The translations under genes were made by a program, and so were the position numbers. 64,000 nt of DNA from Bacteroidales bacterium (GTDB lineage: Bacteria > Bacteroidota > Bacteroidia > Bacteroidales > DTU049), in the NCBI GenBank assembly GCA_012520175.1, contig JAAYOU010000001.1:14544-78543 (forward strand), in the 5' to 3' direction. Shown piece by piece: positions 28,254-39,281 of this stretch. The notes under the pieces were generated by a model that was given only the letters and a program-made list of their open reading frames with translations, searched no databases and was not told the DNA's origin. Within the stretch, counting starts at the first letter, position 1. The number at the start of each line of letters is the position of its first letter.

Positions 28254-30383
28254 CTATTTCCTTTCTTCTTTTGGTAATAAAACTTTTCTTGAAAGCCTTA
28301 ATTTTCCACTTTTTTCATCAACTCCAATCAACTTCACTTCAATTTTATCACCAACTTTTAAATATTCATTTACATCTTTCACTCTTGTCCAAGCTAATTC
28401 TGAAACATGTAGCAGAGCTTCTTTTCCCGGCAATATTTCCACAAAAGCACCGTAAGGCTGAATTGCTTTTACAACACCTTCGTAAACTTCGCCTACTTCA
28501 GGCACTGCAACTATTGATTTCACCCATTTTAGAGCAGCATCTAAACTTTCTTTGTTTGCAGAGAAAATTTCAACTTCGCCACAATCGTTAACTTCCTCAA
28601 TAATAACAGTAGCACCAGTCTGACGTTGAATTTCTTGAATAATTTTACCGCCAGGTCCAATAACAGCACCGATAAATTCGCGAGGAATTGAGAATTTTAC
28701 AAAACGAGGTACACTCGGCTTATATTCCGCACGAGGAGTGGAAATTGTTTCCTCCATAATGTTCAATATATGTTCTCTACCACGTTTAGCTTGAGCAAGT
28801 GCTTCTGCCAATATGTCATAAGAAAGTCCATCAACTTTTATATCCATTTGGCAAGCTGTAATTCCATCTCTAGTTCCAGTAACCTTAAAATCCATATCTC
28901 CCAAATGGTCTTCATCGCCAAGGATATCACTCAAAACAGCATACTTGTTCGTTTCAGAATCTGTGATAAGTCCCATAGCAATTCCAGAAACTGGCTTTTT
29001 CATTTGAACTCCAGCATCCATAAGCGCAAGAGTTCCTGCACAAACAGTAGCCATAGAAGAACTTCCGTTAGATTCCAAAATATCACTTACAATTCTAATT
29101 GTATAAGGATTTTCGTCATCTATAATAATCATGTTTTTAAGAGCTCTCATCGCTAAGTTGCCGTGCCCTATTTCTCTTCTGCTTGTGCTTCTTATTGGCT
29201 TTACTTCACCAGTAGAAAAAGGTGGAAAATTATAATGTAGCATTAATTTATTTGTTCCTTCAAAAACAGCTCCATCAATAATTTGGTCATCGAGCTTTGT
29301 TCCGAGAGTAACTGTTGATAAACTTTGTGTTTCTCCTCTTGTGAAGATAGAGCTTCCGTGAGCAGAAGGCAAATAGTCAACTTCACACCAAATTGGGCGA
29401 ATTTCGTCAGTTTTTCTGCCATCAAGCCTTATGCGCTCGTTCAAAATCATGTCTCTAACAGCTTTTTTCATAACATCATGATAGTAACGAGCAACCATTG
29501 ACTGTTTTTCGCTTCTTGATTCTTCTTCAATAGTATTTAAAAATTCTTCTTCAATGGCAGCAAAAGCCTCTGTGCGAACATGCTTGTTAGGAGTGCATCT
29601 ACGAGCAACTTCATAAGCCTTTGGATAGCAATAGTCCCAAACTGCTTTTCTTAATTCTTCATCATTTACTTCATGGCAATATTCGCGTTTGCTCCTAGCT
29701 TTTTCAACTTTTGCAGCTAATTCTATTTGAGCCTCAATTTGAAGTTTAATAGCATTATGAGCAAATTTAAGAGCTTCCATCATGGTTTCTTCGCTCACTT
29801 CCTTCATTTCTCCTTCAACCATATTTATATCCTTAGCGTTTGCAGCTACCATTATATCAAGGTCAGCATTTTCGAGGTTTTTAGAGCAAGGATTAATAAC
29901 AAATTCACCATTAATGCGAGCTACACGAACTTCTGAAATTGGACCATTAAATGGAATATCGGAAACAGCAAGAGCCGCAGAAGCTGCAAGAGCTGCATAA
30001 GTATCTGGTGGTGTTTCTGTTTCGCCAGAAATTAGATATATAAGCACCTGAGTTTCAGCGTGGTAATCGTCTGGGAAAAGAGGTCTTAAAGCACGGTCAA
30101 CAAGGCGAGCAATTAAGATTTCGTATTCTGAAGGGCGAGCTTCGCGTTTAAAAAAACCGCCTGGGAAACGACCTGTAGCAGCATATTTCTCTTGGTATTC
30201 AACAGAAAGCGGCATAAAGTCTACATCTTCAGCTGCTTCTTTGCGAGAAACAACAGTTGCAAGCAGCATTGTGTTCCCTACTCTAACTATTGCAGAACCA
30301 TCAGCTTGACGAGCTAATTTGCCTGTTTCTATTGTTCCTGTTCTGCCGTCGGGTAATTGAAATGTTTGTGTAATAGCGTTCAT
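28254..30383 (-). CDS. pnp: Polyribonucleotide nucleotidyltransferase (PNPase)
   Basis: Two RNase PH domains ([23 protein letters not shown]), a KH domain (VIGPGGK) and a C-terminal S1 domain ([19 protein letters not shown]). Confidence 0.97.
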   Translation of the reverse strand: MNAITQTFQLPDGRTGTIETGKLARQADGSAIVRVGNTMLLATVVSRKEAAEDVDFMPLSVEYQEKYAATGRFPGGFFKREARPSEYEILIARLVDRALRPLFPDDYHAETQVLIYLISGETETPPDTYAALAASAALAVSDIPFNGPISEVRVARINGEFVINPCSKNLENADLDIMVAANAKDINMVEGEMKEVSEETMMEALKFAHNAIKLQIEAQIELAAKVEKARSKREYCHEVNDEELRKAVWDYCYPKAYEVARRCTPNKHVRTEAFAAIEEEFLNTIEEESRSEKQSMVARYYHDVMKKAVRDMILNERIRLDGRKTDEIRPIWCEVDYLPSAHGSSIFTRGETQSLSTVTLGTKLDDQIIDGAVFEGTNKLMLHYNFPPFSTGEVKPIRSTSRREIGHGNLAMRALKNMIIIDDENPYTIRIVSDILESNGSSSMATVCAGTLALMDAGVQMKKPVSGIAMGLITDSETNKYAVLSDILGDEDHLGDMDFKVTGTRDGITACQMDIKVDGLSYDILAEALAQAKRGREHILNIMEETISTPRAEYKPSVPRFVKFSIPREFIGAVIGPGGKIIQEIQRQTGATVIIEEVNDCGEVEIFSANKESLDAALKWVKSIVAVPEVGEVYEGVVKAIQPYGAFVEILPGKEALLHVSELAWTRVKDVNEYLKVGDKIEVKLIGVDEKSGKLRLSRKVLLPKEERK

Positions 30384-30402
30384 CTTTTTTTCAAATGTAT
30401 TT

Positions 30403-30434
30403 AAAAAAAGAAAGGCAATAAACTACGATTGCCT
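30403..30434 (-). terminator. rpsO terminator / pnp leader hairpin
   Basis: Stem aggcaat (30413-19) / attgcct (30428-34). On the minus strand it is followed by ttcttttttt. It sits between rpsO and pnp, as in the classical rpsO-pnp arrangement. Confidence 0.7.
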
Positions 30435-30464
30435 CTCCTGTTATCATTAAAAGTATATTAATAA

Positions 30465-30734
30465 TTATTTTCTTATTTCTAATTGTTGAATTAAGGAGCG
30501 GTATTTTTCAATATCTCTTGATTTGATATATGAAAGCAGTTTTTTACGCTTACCAACTAAAGCAAGAAGACTACGCTCAGTAACAAAATCTTTTTTATTA
30601 CTTTTTAAATGTCCGGTCAAATGACGAATTCTTTCAGTAAAAATAGCTACTTGAACTTCTGGAGATCCAGTATTAGTTTCAGATTTGCCATATTTTTTTA
30701 CAAGTTCCTTTTTTGTTTCAATAGATAAATTCAT
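30465..30734 (-). CDS. rpsO: 30S ribosomal protein S15
   Basis: MNLSIETKKELVKKYG...GSPEVQVAIFTERIRHLTGHLK. I trimmed from the track start at 30767 to the ATG that gives an 89-aa S15. Confidence 0.93.
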   Translation of the reverse strand: MNLSIETKKELVKKYGKSETNTGSPEVQVAIFTERIRHLTGHLKSNKKDFVTERSLLALVGKRKKLLSYIKSRDIEKYRSLIQQLEIRK

Positions 30735-30825
30735 GATTATTTTTTTTATCGGGGTGCAAAGGTACAATAATATTTTTTAAAATAAAAATTTTTTATTGTT
30801 TTGATTTACGGAATCGTATAAAAAT

Positions 30826-31431
30826 TTACAATGTTCCATTTTCAATCATAAATACAATGTTTTCAATATCTCTGTCAACGCCATTTGGGTCGTAAGTTAC
30901 CTTCAAATTATATCCAAATATTTTGCCAAATGTTTGCCAAAAAGAAGCTACAATACCTCCACGAAAATCTTTTATAAGATTATATGTAGTTTCATTTGTT
31001 TCTCTGTAAATTAATTTCATTAATATTTTCCCTTGAGTAAAAGTGAGCTTAATAAGTTCATCTTCAAGTTGTCCCCTCATTTCTTTTTCAATTCTATCAA
31101 GTTCTCTTTCTCTTGTTCTATTATCAGGGATTGAGTTAAGATATATATTATATTCGTTTACCTTTTGTCCAATAAATTTAGCATAGGGATATACACGTTT
31201 TACATATCTAACCATTCTTGTAAATTCAATTACCTGAACTTTTGATTTGAAAATTATGGGTCCGTACACTCGCACCGTTGGAATCCAGAAAAGAGGCACA
31301 GTGTCTCCTTCCATAATAACTGCTTTTGCAACTATGCCTGAAGTTACACCACCTTCACTAGTGCTAGGCTGAGCATTAGCACAAATACAGACTGCCATTA
31401 ATAATATAAAATATAGAGCAATCCTTTTCAT
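30826..31431 (-). CDS. Secreted conserved hypothetical protein (DUF4294-like)
   Basis: Signal peptide and a 201-aa length. VKRVYPYAKF and LTFTQGKILMKLIYRET resemble DUF4294. The assignment is from memory only. Confidence 0.5.
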   Translation of the reverse strand: MKRIALYFILLMAVCICANAQPSTSEGGVTSGIVAKAVIMEGDTVPLFWIPTVRVYGPIIFKSKVQVIEFTRMVRYVKRVYPYAKFIGQKVNEYNIYLNSIPDNRTRERELDRIEKEMRGQLEDELIKLTFTQGKILMKLIYRETNETTYNLIKDFRGGIVASFWQTFGKIFGYNLKVTYDPNGVDRDIENIVFMIENGTL

Positions 31432-31467
31432 TTGTGTATTATATTAATTTATTAATAATTTCACTTT

Positions 31468-32691
31468 TTAAGAAGCAACTTTCATCTGAATTTCGGGATG
31501 ATTTTTCAGTTTGCTTTGCACATAATCTGGAGTAATAACGATTTTATTTTCTTTCAAATCTGGCAATTCAAACATAATATCGGTCATAATTTTTTCCAAT
31601 ATAGACCTTAAACCTCTTGCACCCAACTTGCTTTTTATTGCTAATTTCACAATTTCTCTCATACCTTCTGTAGAAAATTCTATATCAACATTATCCATTT
31701 TAAGCAAAGCTGTATATTGCTTTATCAAAGAATTTTTTGGTTTTATCAAAATCTCCATCAAGGCGTCTTCTGAAAGAGGATTTAGATAAGCTAACACTGG
31801 CAATCTACCTACTAATTCAGGGATAATGCCAAATTTTCGCAAATCTTCAGGAGATATGTATTTTAAAAGGTTTTCTTTGTCTATCTGCGATTTTTTACTA
31901 CTGCTTTTGAATCCAATAACAGAGGTTTTGAGTCTATTTGCGATTATTTTATCAATTCCATTAAAAGCTCCTCCACAGATAAACAAAATGTTTTGAGTAT
32001 TTACTTGGATGTATTTTTGCTCAGGATGCTTGCGTCCGCCTTGCGGAGGGACATTAACCACTGTGCCTTCAAGCATTTTTAGCAAAGCTTGCTGCACACC
32101 TTCGCCACTAACATCTCTTGTGATACTTGGATTATCAGATTTTCTAGAAATTTTGTCTATTTCATCAATAAAAATAATTCCACTTTCGGCTGCTTTAACG
32201 TTATAATCAGCAACTTGCAAAAGTCGAGACAAAATGCTTTCCACATCTTCGCCAACATATCCGGCTTCTGTAAGAGCTGTAGCATCAGCAATTGCAAAAG
32301 GCACATCAAGGTATCGAGCAATAGTTTTAGCTAAAAGTGTTTTACCTGTACCTGTTTCTCCGATTAAAACGATATTGCTTTTTTCAATTTCAACATCATT
32401 ATTTTTATTTCCTATACGTTTAAAATGATTATAAACAGCTACTGATAAAAGTTTTTTTGCTTCTTCCTGACCGATTACATATTGATTTAAGAAGTTAAAA
32501 ATTTCTTTTGGCTTATGGAGTTTGAAATCTTTTTGTACTTCTTTATTTTTTATAGCTAATTCTTCTTCAATTATTTTTTGAGCTTGCTCAACGCACGATT
32601 CGCAGATATTTCCATCTATTCCAGAAATCAACAATTTTACATTTTGTCTTTTCTGTCCGCAAAAAGAACATACATCGCTAGCTTTTGCCAT
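31468..32691 (-). CDS. clpX: ATP-dependent Clp protease ATP-binding subunit ClpX
   Basis: N-terminal zinc finger CSFCGQ...CESC, Walker A GETGTGKT, Walker [10 protein letters not shown]. Confidence 0.97.
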   Translation of the reverse strand: MAKASDVCSFCGQKRQNVKLLISGIDGNICESCVEQAQKIIEEELAIKNKEVQKDFKLHKPKEIFNFLNQYVIGQEEAKKLLSVAVYNHFKRIGNKNNDVEIEKSNIVLIGETGTGKTLLAKTIARYLDVPFAIADATALTEAGYVGEDVESILSRLLQVADYNVKAAESGIIFIDEIDKISRKSDNPSITRDVSGEGVQQALLKMLEGTVVNVPPQGGRKHPEQKYIQVNTQNILFICGGAFNGIDKIIANRLKTSVIGFKSSSKKSQIDKENLLKYISPEDLRKFGIIPELVGRLPVLAYLNPLSEDALMEILIKPKNSLIKQYTALLKMDNVDIEFSTEGMREIVKLAIKSKLGARGLRSILEKIMTDIMFELPDLKENKIVITPDYVQSKLKNHPEIQMKVAS

Positions 32692-32700
32692 AATTAATAA

Positions 32701-33378
32701 TTATTTTTTTTCATGACTAAGCACTTCATCAATCATGCCATATTCCTTAGCTTCTTTTGCAATCATCCAGTAGTCTCTATCGCCGTCTGCCCACACTTTT
32801 TCGTATGGCTGACCGCTATGATTAGCAATAATTTGATAAAGTTCTTCTTTTAATTTTTTTATTTCTGTTGCAATAATTTCTATGTCTGAGGCTTGACCTT
32901 CGGCTCCGCCCATTGGTTGGTGAATCATCACTCTACTGTGCGGGAGAGCGGTACGTTTTCCTTTTTCACCGGCACAAAGCAAAACAGCTCCCATAGACGC
33001 TGCAATTCCTGTGCAAATTGTTGCTATGTCCGAAGAAATATATTGCATAGTGTCATAAATTCCAAGACCTGCATAGACAGAGCCTCCGGGTGTATTCAAA
33101 TATATTGAAATATCCTTGCTTGAATCAACTGAATCTAGAAACAATAATTGTGCTTGAATAATATTTGCCACATAATCGTCAATAGGCACGCCCAAAAAGA
33201 TAATGCGGTCCATCATTAATCGAGAAAAAACGTCCATAGTAGCAACATTTAACTGACGTTCTTCAATAATAGTTGGCGAAATATAGTTTGACGTTACTTT
33301 TGAGTATTTGTCAAATATATTGCTGTTTATGCCACGATGTTTTACAGCGTAATTTCTAAATTCGTTATTGAAATTCAT
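32701..33378 (-). CDS. clpP: ATP-dependent Clp protease proteolytic subunit
   Basis: [11 protein letters not shown] (catalytic Ser), RVMIHQP (His), DRDYWM (Asp). Confidence 0.97.
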   Translation of the reverse strand: MNFNNEFRNYAVKHRGINSNIFDKYSKVTSNYISPTIIEERQLNVATMDVFSRLMMDRIIFLGVPIDDYVANIIQAQLLFLDSVDSSKDISIYLNTPGGSVYAGLGIYDTMQYISSDIATICTGIAASMGAVLLCAGEKGKRTALPHSRVMIHQPMGGAEGQASDIEIIATEIKKLKEELYQIIANHSGQPYEKVWADGDRDYWMIAKEAKEYGMIDEVLSHEKK

Positions 33379-34736
33379 TAGCTTCTATTTTTTTCGTTTA
33401 CTAAATTAATAAATTCTTTCCAATTTACTTCTTTCAATTCAATTTTGCTTTTTTCTTCAAATAGCGCAATTATTCGCTCATCTGTCATGTTTTCAACAAG
33501 ATTATTAAATCTATTTTTTTCTTCTAAAATAATATCATAAACTTGGTTTACACGTTCTTTCACTTCTGGATCATCGTCATCTTTATCAGCAAAGCCTAAA
33601 AGTTCTTTCAGATGTTTTTTAATATCATCGCTAGTAATACGAATATCATATTTGCTTATAAGCTTATTTTCAATAATTTGCCATTTTAAGCTTTCTTCAT
33701 AAAAAGAGTATCCTTTTTCTATATCTTCGTCTGTAATTTCCTTTTCTGAGCGAGTTCTGAGAAACTTTTTCAAAAATTCCTCTGGTAATTTAAAGTCATA
33801 TTTTGATTTTAACGCTTTCTGAACATCAAAATAAAATTGTTTTTTAGATTCTTTTTCATATGAACCTTTAATATCTTTTCTTATAAAATCTCTAAGTTGT
33901 TCTTCATTTTCTATATTTGCACCTGGAAAAACTTGATTAAACAACTGTTCATTTAGCTCTGCAGGTGTTATTAAAAGAATTGTATTTATAGTAATTTTAT
34001 AATTGCCTGACATTTCTTTAGCTTCATCAAAACTGATATTAAACAATTCAGTTCTTTCGTCAAGATTAGGAAGATCTTTTTCAATATTTATTAAAACAAC
34101 TTCTTCATTTTTTTTATTCTCAAAAAGCTCTTGAATTTTTGGAGACAATGTATTCATGCGAATATGAATAAATTTTTCCAATCCTCCTTCTTTTTTTTCT
34201 GAATTTTCGTCTAGCTCTATAGCTTGAGCAGAAACAAAGCATTTTTCATTGATTGATTCTGCTTTGTCAAATTTGCCATATCTTTCCCTGATTTCGTCTA
34301 AATATTTATCAACATCGCTTTCGTCGCTAACAATATTATATTTTATAAACGTATAAGTTTCATCGGCAACTGGGTCGATTTCTGGTTCTAAAGCAATGTC
34401 AAAACTAAAGGCAAAGTCATTTCCATCTTTCCAATCTATATTTTGAGAAAAACTTTCATCTATCATTGGAGAAAGAATGTATTTTATCTTATTGTCTTTC
34501 AAATATTGAAAAACTCCTTCTGAAGCCAAATGTAAGGATTCGTCAGCCAAAGTACTTTCTCCATACATTTTTTTTACTAAATCAGCAGGAACTTTGCCTT
34601 GTCTAAATCCGGGCATCGAAATTTTACGACGATATTCTTTGAGTTTACTTTCTACTTTTGGTTGATAATCTGATGGTGTTATAACAATTTTTAAAGACGC
34701 TAATTGGTCTCCTTTTTCTAAAAATTCAAAATCCAT
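33378..34736 (-). CDS. tig: Trigger factor
   Basis: Ribosome-binding GFRQGKVP motif and an acidic multi-domain protein. The stop overlaps the clpP ATG (TAATG). The track N-terminal extension overlaps tRNA-Leu, so I trimmed to MDFEFLEK (ATG at 34734-34736). Confidence 0.88.
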   Translation of the reverse strand: MDFEFLEKGDQLASLKIVITPSDYQPKVESKLKEYRRKISMPGFRQGKVPADLVKKMYGESTLADESLHLASEGVFQYLKDNKIKYILSPMIDESFSQNIDWKDGNDFAFSFDIALEPEIDPVADETYTFIKYNIVSDESDVDKYLDEIRERYGKFDKAESINEKCFVSAQAIELDENSEKKEGGLEKFIHIRMNTLSPKIQELFENKKNEEVVLINIEKDLPNLDERTELFNISFDEAKEMSGNYKITINTILLITPAELNEQLFNQVFPGANIENEEQLRDFIRKDIKGSYEKESKKQFYFDVQKALKSKYDFKLPEEFLKKFLRTRSEKEITDEDIEKGYSFYEESLKWQIIENKLISKYDIRITSDDIKKHLKELLGFADKDDDDPEVKERVNQVYDIILEEKNRFNNLVENMTDERIIALFEEKSKIELKEVNWKEFINLVNEKNRS

Positions 34737-34769
34737 GGCAAAAAGTTTCGATAATAAGTGAAATTTTTG

Positions 34770-34851
34770 TGCGGATGAAGGGACTCGAACCCCCACGCCT
34801 CTCGGCACTAGATCCTAAGTCTAGCGCGGCTACCAATTACGCCACATCCGC
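34770..34851 (-). tRNA. tRNA-Leu (anticodon TAG), long variable arm
   Basis: Acceptor gcggatg/catccgc, anticodon arm ctaga-ctTAGga-tctag, variable arm tgccgagaggcg, T arm tgggg-gttcgagtc-ccctt. Confidence 0.9.
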
Positions 34852-34910
34852 GAATTGAGTTTGCAAAGATACATTTATTTTAATATATACAAAATAAAGT
34901 GTTAAAATTT

Positions 34911-35999
34911 TTATTTTTCAACATTTCCTTGCAAATGTAAAACAACAACTGGTTTATCAGGATCATTTGTGATAACCGTTATAGTTTTATGCTGATTTCC
35001 TACTCGTCCTATTGTGTTAAAATCAACAATAATTTCGGAAGAAGCACCTTTTTTCAATTCTTTTTTAGTATTTTCATCAATAGTAGTACAACCACAACTA
35101 GCTTTTATTTTCAAAATTTTCAAAACCGATTTTCCGGTATTTTTGAATTTAAAGCCATATTTCACACTTGTTCCTGTTTTTATTGTACCATAGTCATAAG
35201 TTTCATTTTCAAAAAGTATATGAGGAGCTTTTTTAATATCTTTTTCCTGCATCCACGAAAAGTCCTGAATAATATTAGCACTTACATACAAAAGTTTATC
35301 AGGTTGATCAATATCGTCTGTGTTTAAATAAAATTTATCAAACACATATCCGTAATCTTTTCTTTCTTTTGCATCGTATGTAACAATTATCATGCTTTCC
35401 ATTTCAGGCTTCATGATAGAATCTAAAATTTCAAGTTTAAGAAATGATGGAGTATTTTTAAAAGAAATTTTCATAGGAGCTTTTCCATTATTATATAAGC
35501 GGAAAGTATCTGTTTTTATTTCAGAATCTTTAATATCATTGAATGATTTATGATTATTTACAAAAAACAGATTTCCAATTTTATTAGGATAATTATCAGC
35601 AACAGTTCGTGGTTTTGGCTGAACTTCGCCTTTAATAATTAGCGTAATAGAAGAATTATCAGGGTCGTTAGACGTTACTGTAATAGATTTGCTAAAAGGT
35701 CCGGGTCTTCCTGCTGGATTATAAACTGCTTCTATTTCTCCGCTAGCGCCGGGGGCAATTGGTCCTTTTGTGTAATTAGAAGCTGTACAGCCACAACTTG
35801 TTCTTACTCCAGTTAATTTCAAGGTGTCGTTTCCGATATTAACAAATTTAAAAACGCTTTTTGCTGGTCCGGAATTTTCCTTTATTAAGCCATAATCATA
35901 AACTTTGTCTTGAAATTGAATAGTTGCTTTTTTTTGAGCTGAAGCAACAACAGACAGCAACATAATTAAAGATACGATAGAGACTGATATTGTTTTCAT
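34911..35999 (-). CDS. DUF1573 domain-containing secreted protein (two DUF1573 repeats)
   Basis: Signal peptide. Two copies of the module with SCGCT motifs (VRTSCGCTA, IKASCGCTT) and ITVTSNDPD / ITVITNDPD. Confidence 0.85.
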   Translation of the reverse strand: MKTISVSIVSLIMLLSVVASAQKKATIQFQDKVYDYGLIKENSGPAKSVFKFVNIGNDTLKLTGVRTSCGCTASNYTKGPIAPGASGEIEAVYNPAGRPGPFSKSITVTSNDPDNSSITLIIKGEVQPKPRTVADNYPNKIGNLFFVNNHKSFNDIKDSEIKTDTFRLYNNGKAPMKISFKNTPSFLKLEILDSIMKPEMESMIIVTYDAKERKDYGYVFDKFYLNTDDIDQPDKLLYVSANIIQDFSWMQEKDIKKAPHILFENETYDYGTIKTGTSVKYGFKFKNTGKSVLKILKIKASCGCTTIDENTKKELKKGASSEIIVDFNTIGRVGNQHKTITVITNDPDKPVVVLHLQGNVEK

Positions 36000-36040
36000 T
36001 TTATTTATAGATTTAATAATACAAATTTATAATTTTTTAT

Positions 36041-37393
36041 TTATTCTGAAAAAAAATCTTCAATTTTTATATTATCAAAACTTCCTGAGCTCATCAAAAG
36101 AAGTATTGAATTTCCCTTAAAATTATCTCTGACAGCAGAAATAAGGCTTTCCTTATCATTAATAACCATTAAGTTATTTTTTGAAAATCCATTTTTTATT
36201 TCTTCAGCAGTAAATGGCTTTATTCGTTTTAATTCAAAAGCGTGATTTGAAAAATAAACAATAGCCACATCAGCCTCATCTAGAGCCGAAGAATATTGAG
36301 GTAAAAAATTCAAATTCATGCTACTAAAAGTGTGCAACTCAAAAACAGCTATTAATTGACTATCTTCAAATTGTTTTTTAACGGCTTTAACTGTGGCTTT
36401 CAGCTTGCTAGGAGCATGAGCAAAATCTCTAAAAATTTTCAAGCCATCTTTATTATAAATCAATTCGAGCCTTTTTGCGGCTCCATGGAAATTAGAAATG
36501 CTTTGAAAGAAATCTTTATCTGAAATTCCAATTTTTCTACAAACCTCAAGCGCTGCAGATAAATTTTTCATGTTATGTTCTCCAAAAACATTCACTTTTA
36601 CTTGTTTGCTGTTGAAGCAAATATTTACATCTTCGCCGTCAGCCTCATATTCAAGTGCTTTATAAGGTATGAGTTCGGCTTTACCGCTATAATTTGCGAT
36701 GAGTTTTTCCACATTTTTATCATCAGCAGTATATATTATGGAGCCATCATTTGGAACATAGTTTATATAGCTTTCAAATGCTTGAACATATTGTTCAAAT
36801 TCTGGAAAAACATTTATATGATCCCATTCTATACCGCTAAGCACAGCTATATCTGGCATATAATGGTGGAATTTTGGTCTTCGGTCTAAGCAACTTGACA
36901 AATATTCATCGCCTTCGATAATGATTATATCATTTTTTTCTGAAAGAGACACCATAACATCAAATCCGTTCACACGGCTGCCAACAAGATAATCGAAGTT
37001 TTTTCCCAACTGTTTAAGAACATGCATAATCATTGATGTAATTGTAGTTTTTCCATGAGAACCGCCAATAACAATGCGTTTTTTGTTTTTACTCTGCAAA
37101 TAAACAAATTCTGGGAAAGAAACTATTTTTATGCCTAATTTCTGAGCTTGCAATAATTCCGGATTGTCAATCCTAGCGTGCATCCCTAAAATAACAAGGT
37201 CTATAGATTTTGTGATTTTATTTTCATTCCAAAAAAAATTATTCTCTTGAATTAAGCCATATTTCAATAGATTTGACAATGCTGGTTCGAAAATCTCATC
37301 ATCAGAGCCAGAAACAGAATGCCCATTCAAATGAAGATTGATAGCCAACTGATGCATTACTGCTCCACCAATTGCAATAAAATGAATTCTCAT
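36041..37393 (-). CDS. mpl: Mur-ligase family UDP-N-acetylmuramate:L-Ala-D-Glu-mDAP ligase (Mpl-like)
   Basis: MRIHFIAIGGAVMHQLA, the GGSHGKTTITSM P-loop, and a Mur ligase middle and C-terminal region (EGDEY, DFAHAP). Confidence 0.8.
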   Translation of the reverse strand: MRIHFIAIGGAVMHQLAINLHLNGHSVSGSDDEIFEPALSNLLKYGLIQENNFFWNENKITKSIDLVILGMHARIDNPELLQAQKLGIKIVSFPEFVYLQSKNKKRIVIGGSHGKTTITSMIMHVLKQLGKNFDYLVGSRVNGFDVMVSLSEKNDIIIIEGDEYLSSCLDRRPKFHHYMPDIAVLSGIEWDHINVFPEFEQYVQAFESYINYVPNDGSIIYTADDKNVEKLIANYSGKAELIPYKALEYEADGEDVNICFNSKQVKVNVFGEHNMKNLSAALEVCRKIGISDKDFFQSISNFHGAAKRLELIYNKDGLKIFRDFAHAPSKLKATVKAVKKQFEDSQLIAVFELHTFSSMNLNFLPQYSSALDEADVAIVYFSNHAFELKRIKPFTAEEIKNGFSKNNLMVINDKESLISAVRDNFKGNSILLLMSSGSFDNIKIEDFFSE

Positions 37394-37399
37394 CGCAAG

Positions 37400-37765
37400 T
37401 TACTTTTCGTTAATCCGCTTATCAACAACAAGGACATAAAAGTTATCTTCAATTTGCAAATATCCTTGGTCGTATACAAAAAAGTAGGTGGCTCCTTTTT
37501 GCGTTGTATAAGTATGTGTGTTATATTTAAAGTTAAAACCTTTAGAAAGCAATTGATCTTTATGCACTTTTGCCTTACCTTCTGGATTTAGTTCCGCTAA
37601 AATACGCCTGTTTTTTCTTAATCTGTTGTTTATGTTTCTTACAATATTTGTAGAATCGCTATTCATCCTATTATTATAGGAATTTCTGCATTGGTCGCCA
37701 CAGAATTTCTTGTCTATTCTGCCCAGCAAAGGCTCTCCACATTCAAGGCATTTTTTTTCGCTCAT
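37400..37765 (-). CDS. Zinc-ribbon hypothetical protein
   Basis: CLECGEPL...FCGDQCRN is a four-Cys ribbon. The middle is basic, and the C-terminal part is conserved-looking and beta-rich. Confidence 0.55.
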   Translation of the reverse strand: MSEKKCLECGEPLLGRIDKKFCGDQCRNSYNNRMNSDSTNIVRNINNRLRKNRRILAELNPEGKAKVHKDQLLSKGFNFKYNTHTYTTQKGATYFFVYDQGYLQIEDNFYVLVVDKRINEK

Positions 37766-37842
37766 AAATTATGTTTTTATTTAACAGATTATAAATTACT
37801 ATAAACTAAATAGCAAATATAAAACATTTTACAACAAAAAAA

Positions 37843-38313
37843 TTATTTAATTGCACTAACCGCTATGTTTTTCAACTCAAAATCTGTCAACTCTGACGTA
37901 TTGCTGCTAAAATTCAACATTTTGCTTAAAAATGAAAGGTTTTTCACTCCATAATCAAAGCAGGCTCCTTCTTTTGCGGAATTTGGCTGTAATGTTATAA
38001 AACTATAGTTTTCTGAATTCTTTTCCGTATCGCAATTAATGCATTTTCCATTGTAATATTTAAACAAATTCCATTCTACTTTTACTGCAATATTTTTTTT
38101 ATTTTCTAATTTCAGCAACACCATTTCATTTGAAAGTCCATTCAAGCTGTCAGTGCAGGCTGCAACTTTATAATAAAAGCTTACACCATCAACTTTATTG
38201 ATTGTTTGCCATTTTTCAGTTCGTTTAAAATTTACTTTTTGCGAATAGACATTTGAAAATGACATTAAAAAAATCATTGCAAACAAGAGAAATATTTTAT
38301 ATATGTTTTTCAT
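37843..38313 (-). CDS. Secreted hypothetical protein
   Basis: Signal peptide MKNIYKIFLLFAMIFLMSFSNVYSQ. No domain recognised. Confidence 0.5.
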   Translation of the reverse strand: MKNIYKIFLLFAMIFLMSFSNVYSQKVNFKRTEKWQTINKVDGVSFYYKVAACTDSLNGLSNEMVLLKLENKKNIAVKVEWNLFKYYNGKCINCDTEKNSENYSFITLQPNSAKEGACFDYGVKNLSFLSKMLNFSSNTSELTDFELKNIAVSAIK

Positions 38314-38369
38314 AAGCGTTTTTATGATGATTAGCCAATATTTTAGTTAACGTTTTTTTCCATTTTATA

Positions 38370-39218
38370 TTATTTTTCGAGCAAAATCATTCTTTGTTTT
38401 TCTCTAAAATCTTTTTTATAAGAAACTTTGTAACTATAATTCTTCAAAAGATTATCAAACTCATTCAAAGTTAAGGGATTAATTTCAAAATAAATAGAAT
38501 TTGCATTTATTTTTTTCAAAATATTTTCATAAAACACTAATGGATTCTGCTCGGGAACAAACAATGCCGACTCAGGCTCGTAATTTAAAATTCTTGAAGA
38601 CATGTTTGCTTTTTCACTTTCTTTTACATAAGGCGGATTGCTGATTACAATTAATTTTTTTTCAGATTTAAAATTGAAGTCTTCTGAAAGCACATCTGCT
38701 AAAATCCAATCTATATCTACATTTAACAACCTTGCATTATATTTTGCAATTTCAATAGCTTTAGGAGAATTATCAATAGCTGAAACTTTTGCCATTGGCA
38801 TTGCTTTTTTTAAAGATATTGCTATACAGCCGCTTCCTGTGCAAATATCAACAATTTCAATATCGGATTGTTCGTTCAGATGATTGTTTATCAGCCATAA
38901 AACCAACTCTTCTGTTTCTGGTCTTGGGATTAAAGCTCCTGAATTAATTTTGAATTTTAAGTCTAAAAACCACGCATAGCCAATCACATATTGAATTGGC
39001 TCATTTTTCATTAATCTAGAATATAAATTTTCTATTTTTTCAAGTACAGCAGCATCTTTTATTGGCTCATCCATAAGATAAAGCCCTGCTCTTGACGTGT
39101 TGAATACTTCAGACAATAACATTTCAGCCACAGCTTTCCCTTCTGGCATATCTGCATATAATTTGCCTAGATTTTCAGCTATTTCTCTCAACAATTCTCT
39201 TACGTAAACAACTTTCAT
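38370..39218 (-). CDS. prmC: Peptide chain release factor N5-glutamine methyltransferase
   Basis: PIQYVIGYAWF, LIPRPETE, DICTGSGCI and NPPY motifs. The track start at 39434 adds 72 implausible residues overlapping ribD, so I trimmed to the ATG at 39216-39218 (MKVVYV...). Confidence 0.88.
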   Translation of the reverse strand: MKVVYVRELLREIAENLGKLYADMPEGKAVAEMLLSEVFNTSRAGLYLMDEPIKDAAVLEKIENLYSRLMKNEPIQYVIGYAWFLDLKFKINSGALIPRPETEELVLWLINNHLNEQSDIEIVDICTGSGCIAISLKKAMPMAKVSAIDNSPKAIEIAKYNARLLNVDIDWILADVLSEDFNFKSEKKLIVISNPPYVKESEKANMSSRILNYEPESALFVPEQNPLVFYENILKKINANSIYFEINPLTLNEFDNLLKNYSYKVSYKKDFREKQRMILLEK

Positions 39219-39281
39219 AAATGCAAATTTAATTTTTTTAATTATAATTATCTTTACTAAAAGTTTAGATATTTTTGTAAA

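Noticed and set aside
39219-39281. FMN riboswitch upstream of ribD (or of ribF)
   Set aside because: Only about 60 nt separate ribD from the divergent prmC, and ribF has no long structured leader. That is too short for an FMN (RFN) element, and no conserved RFN core is visible.
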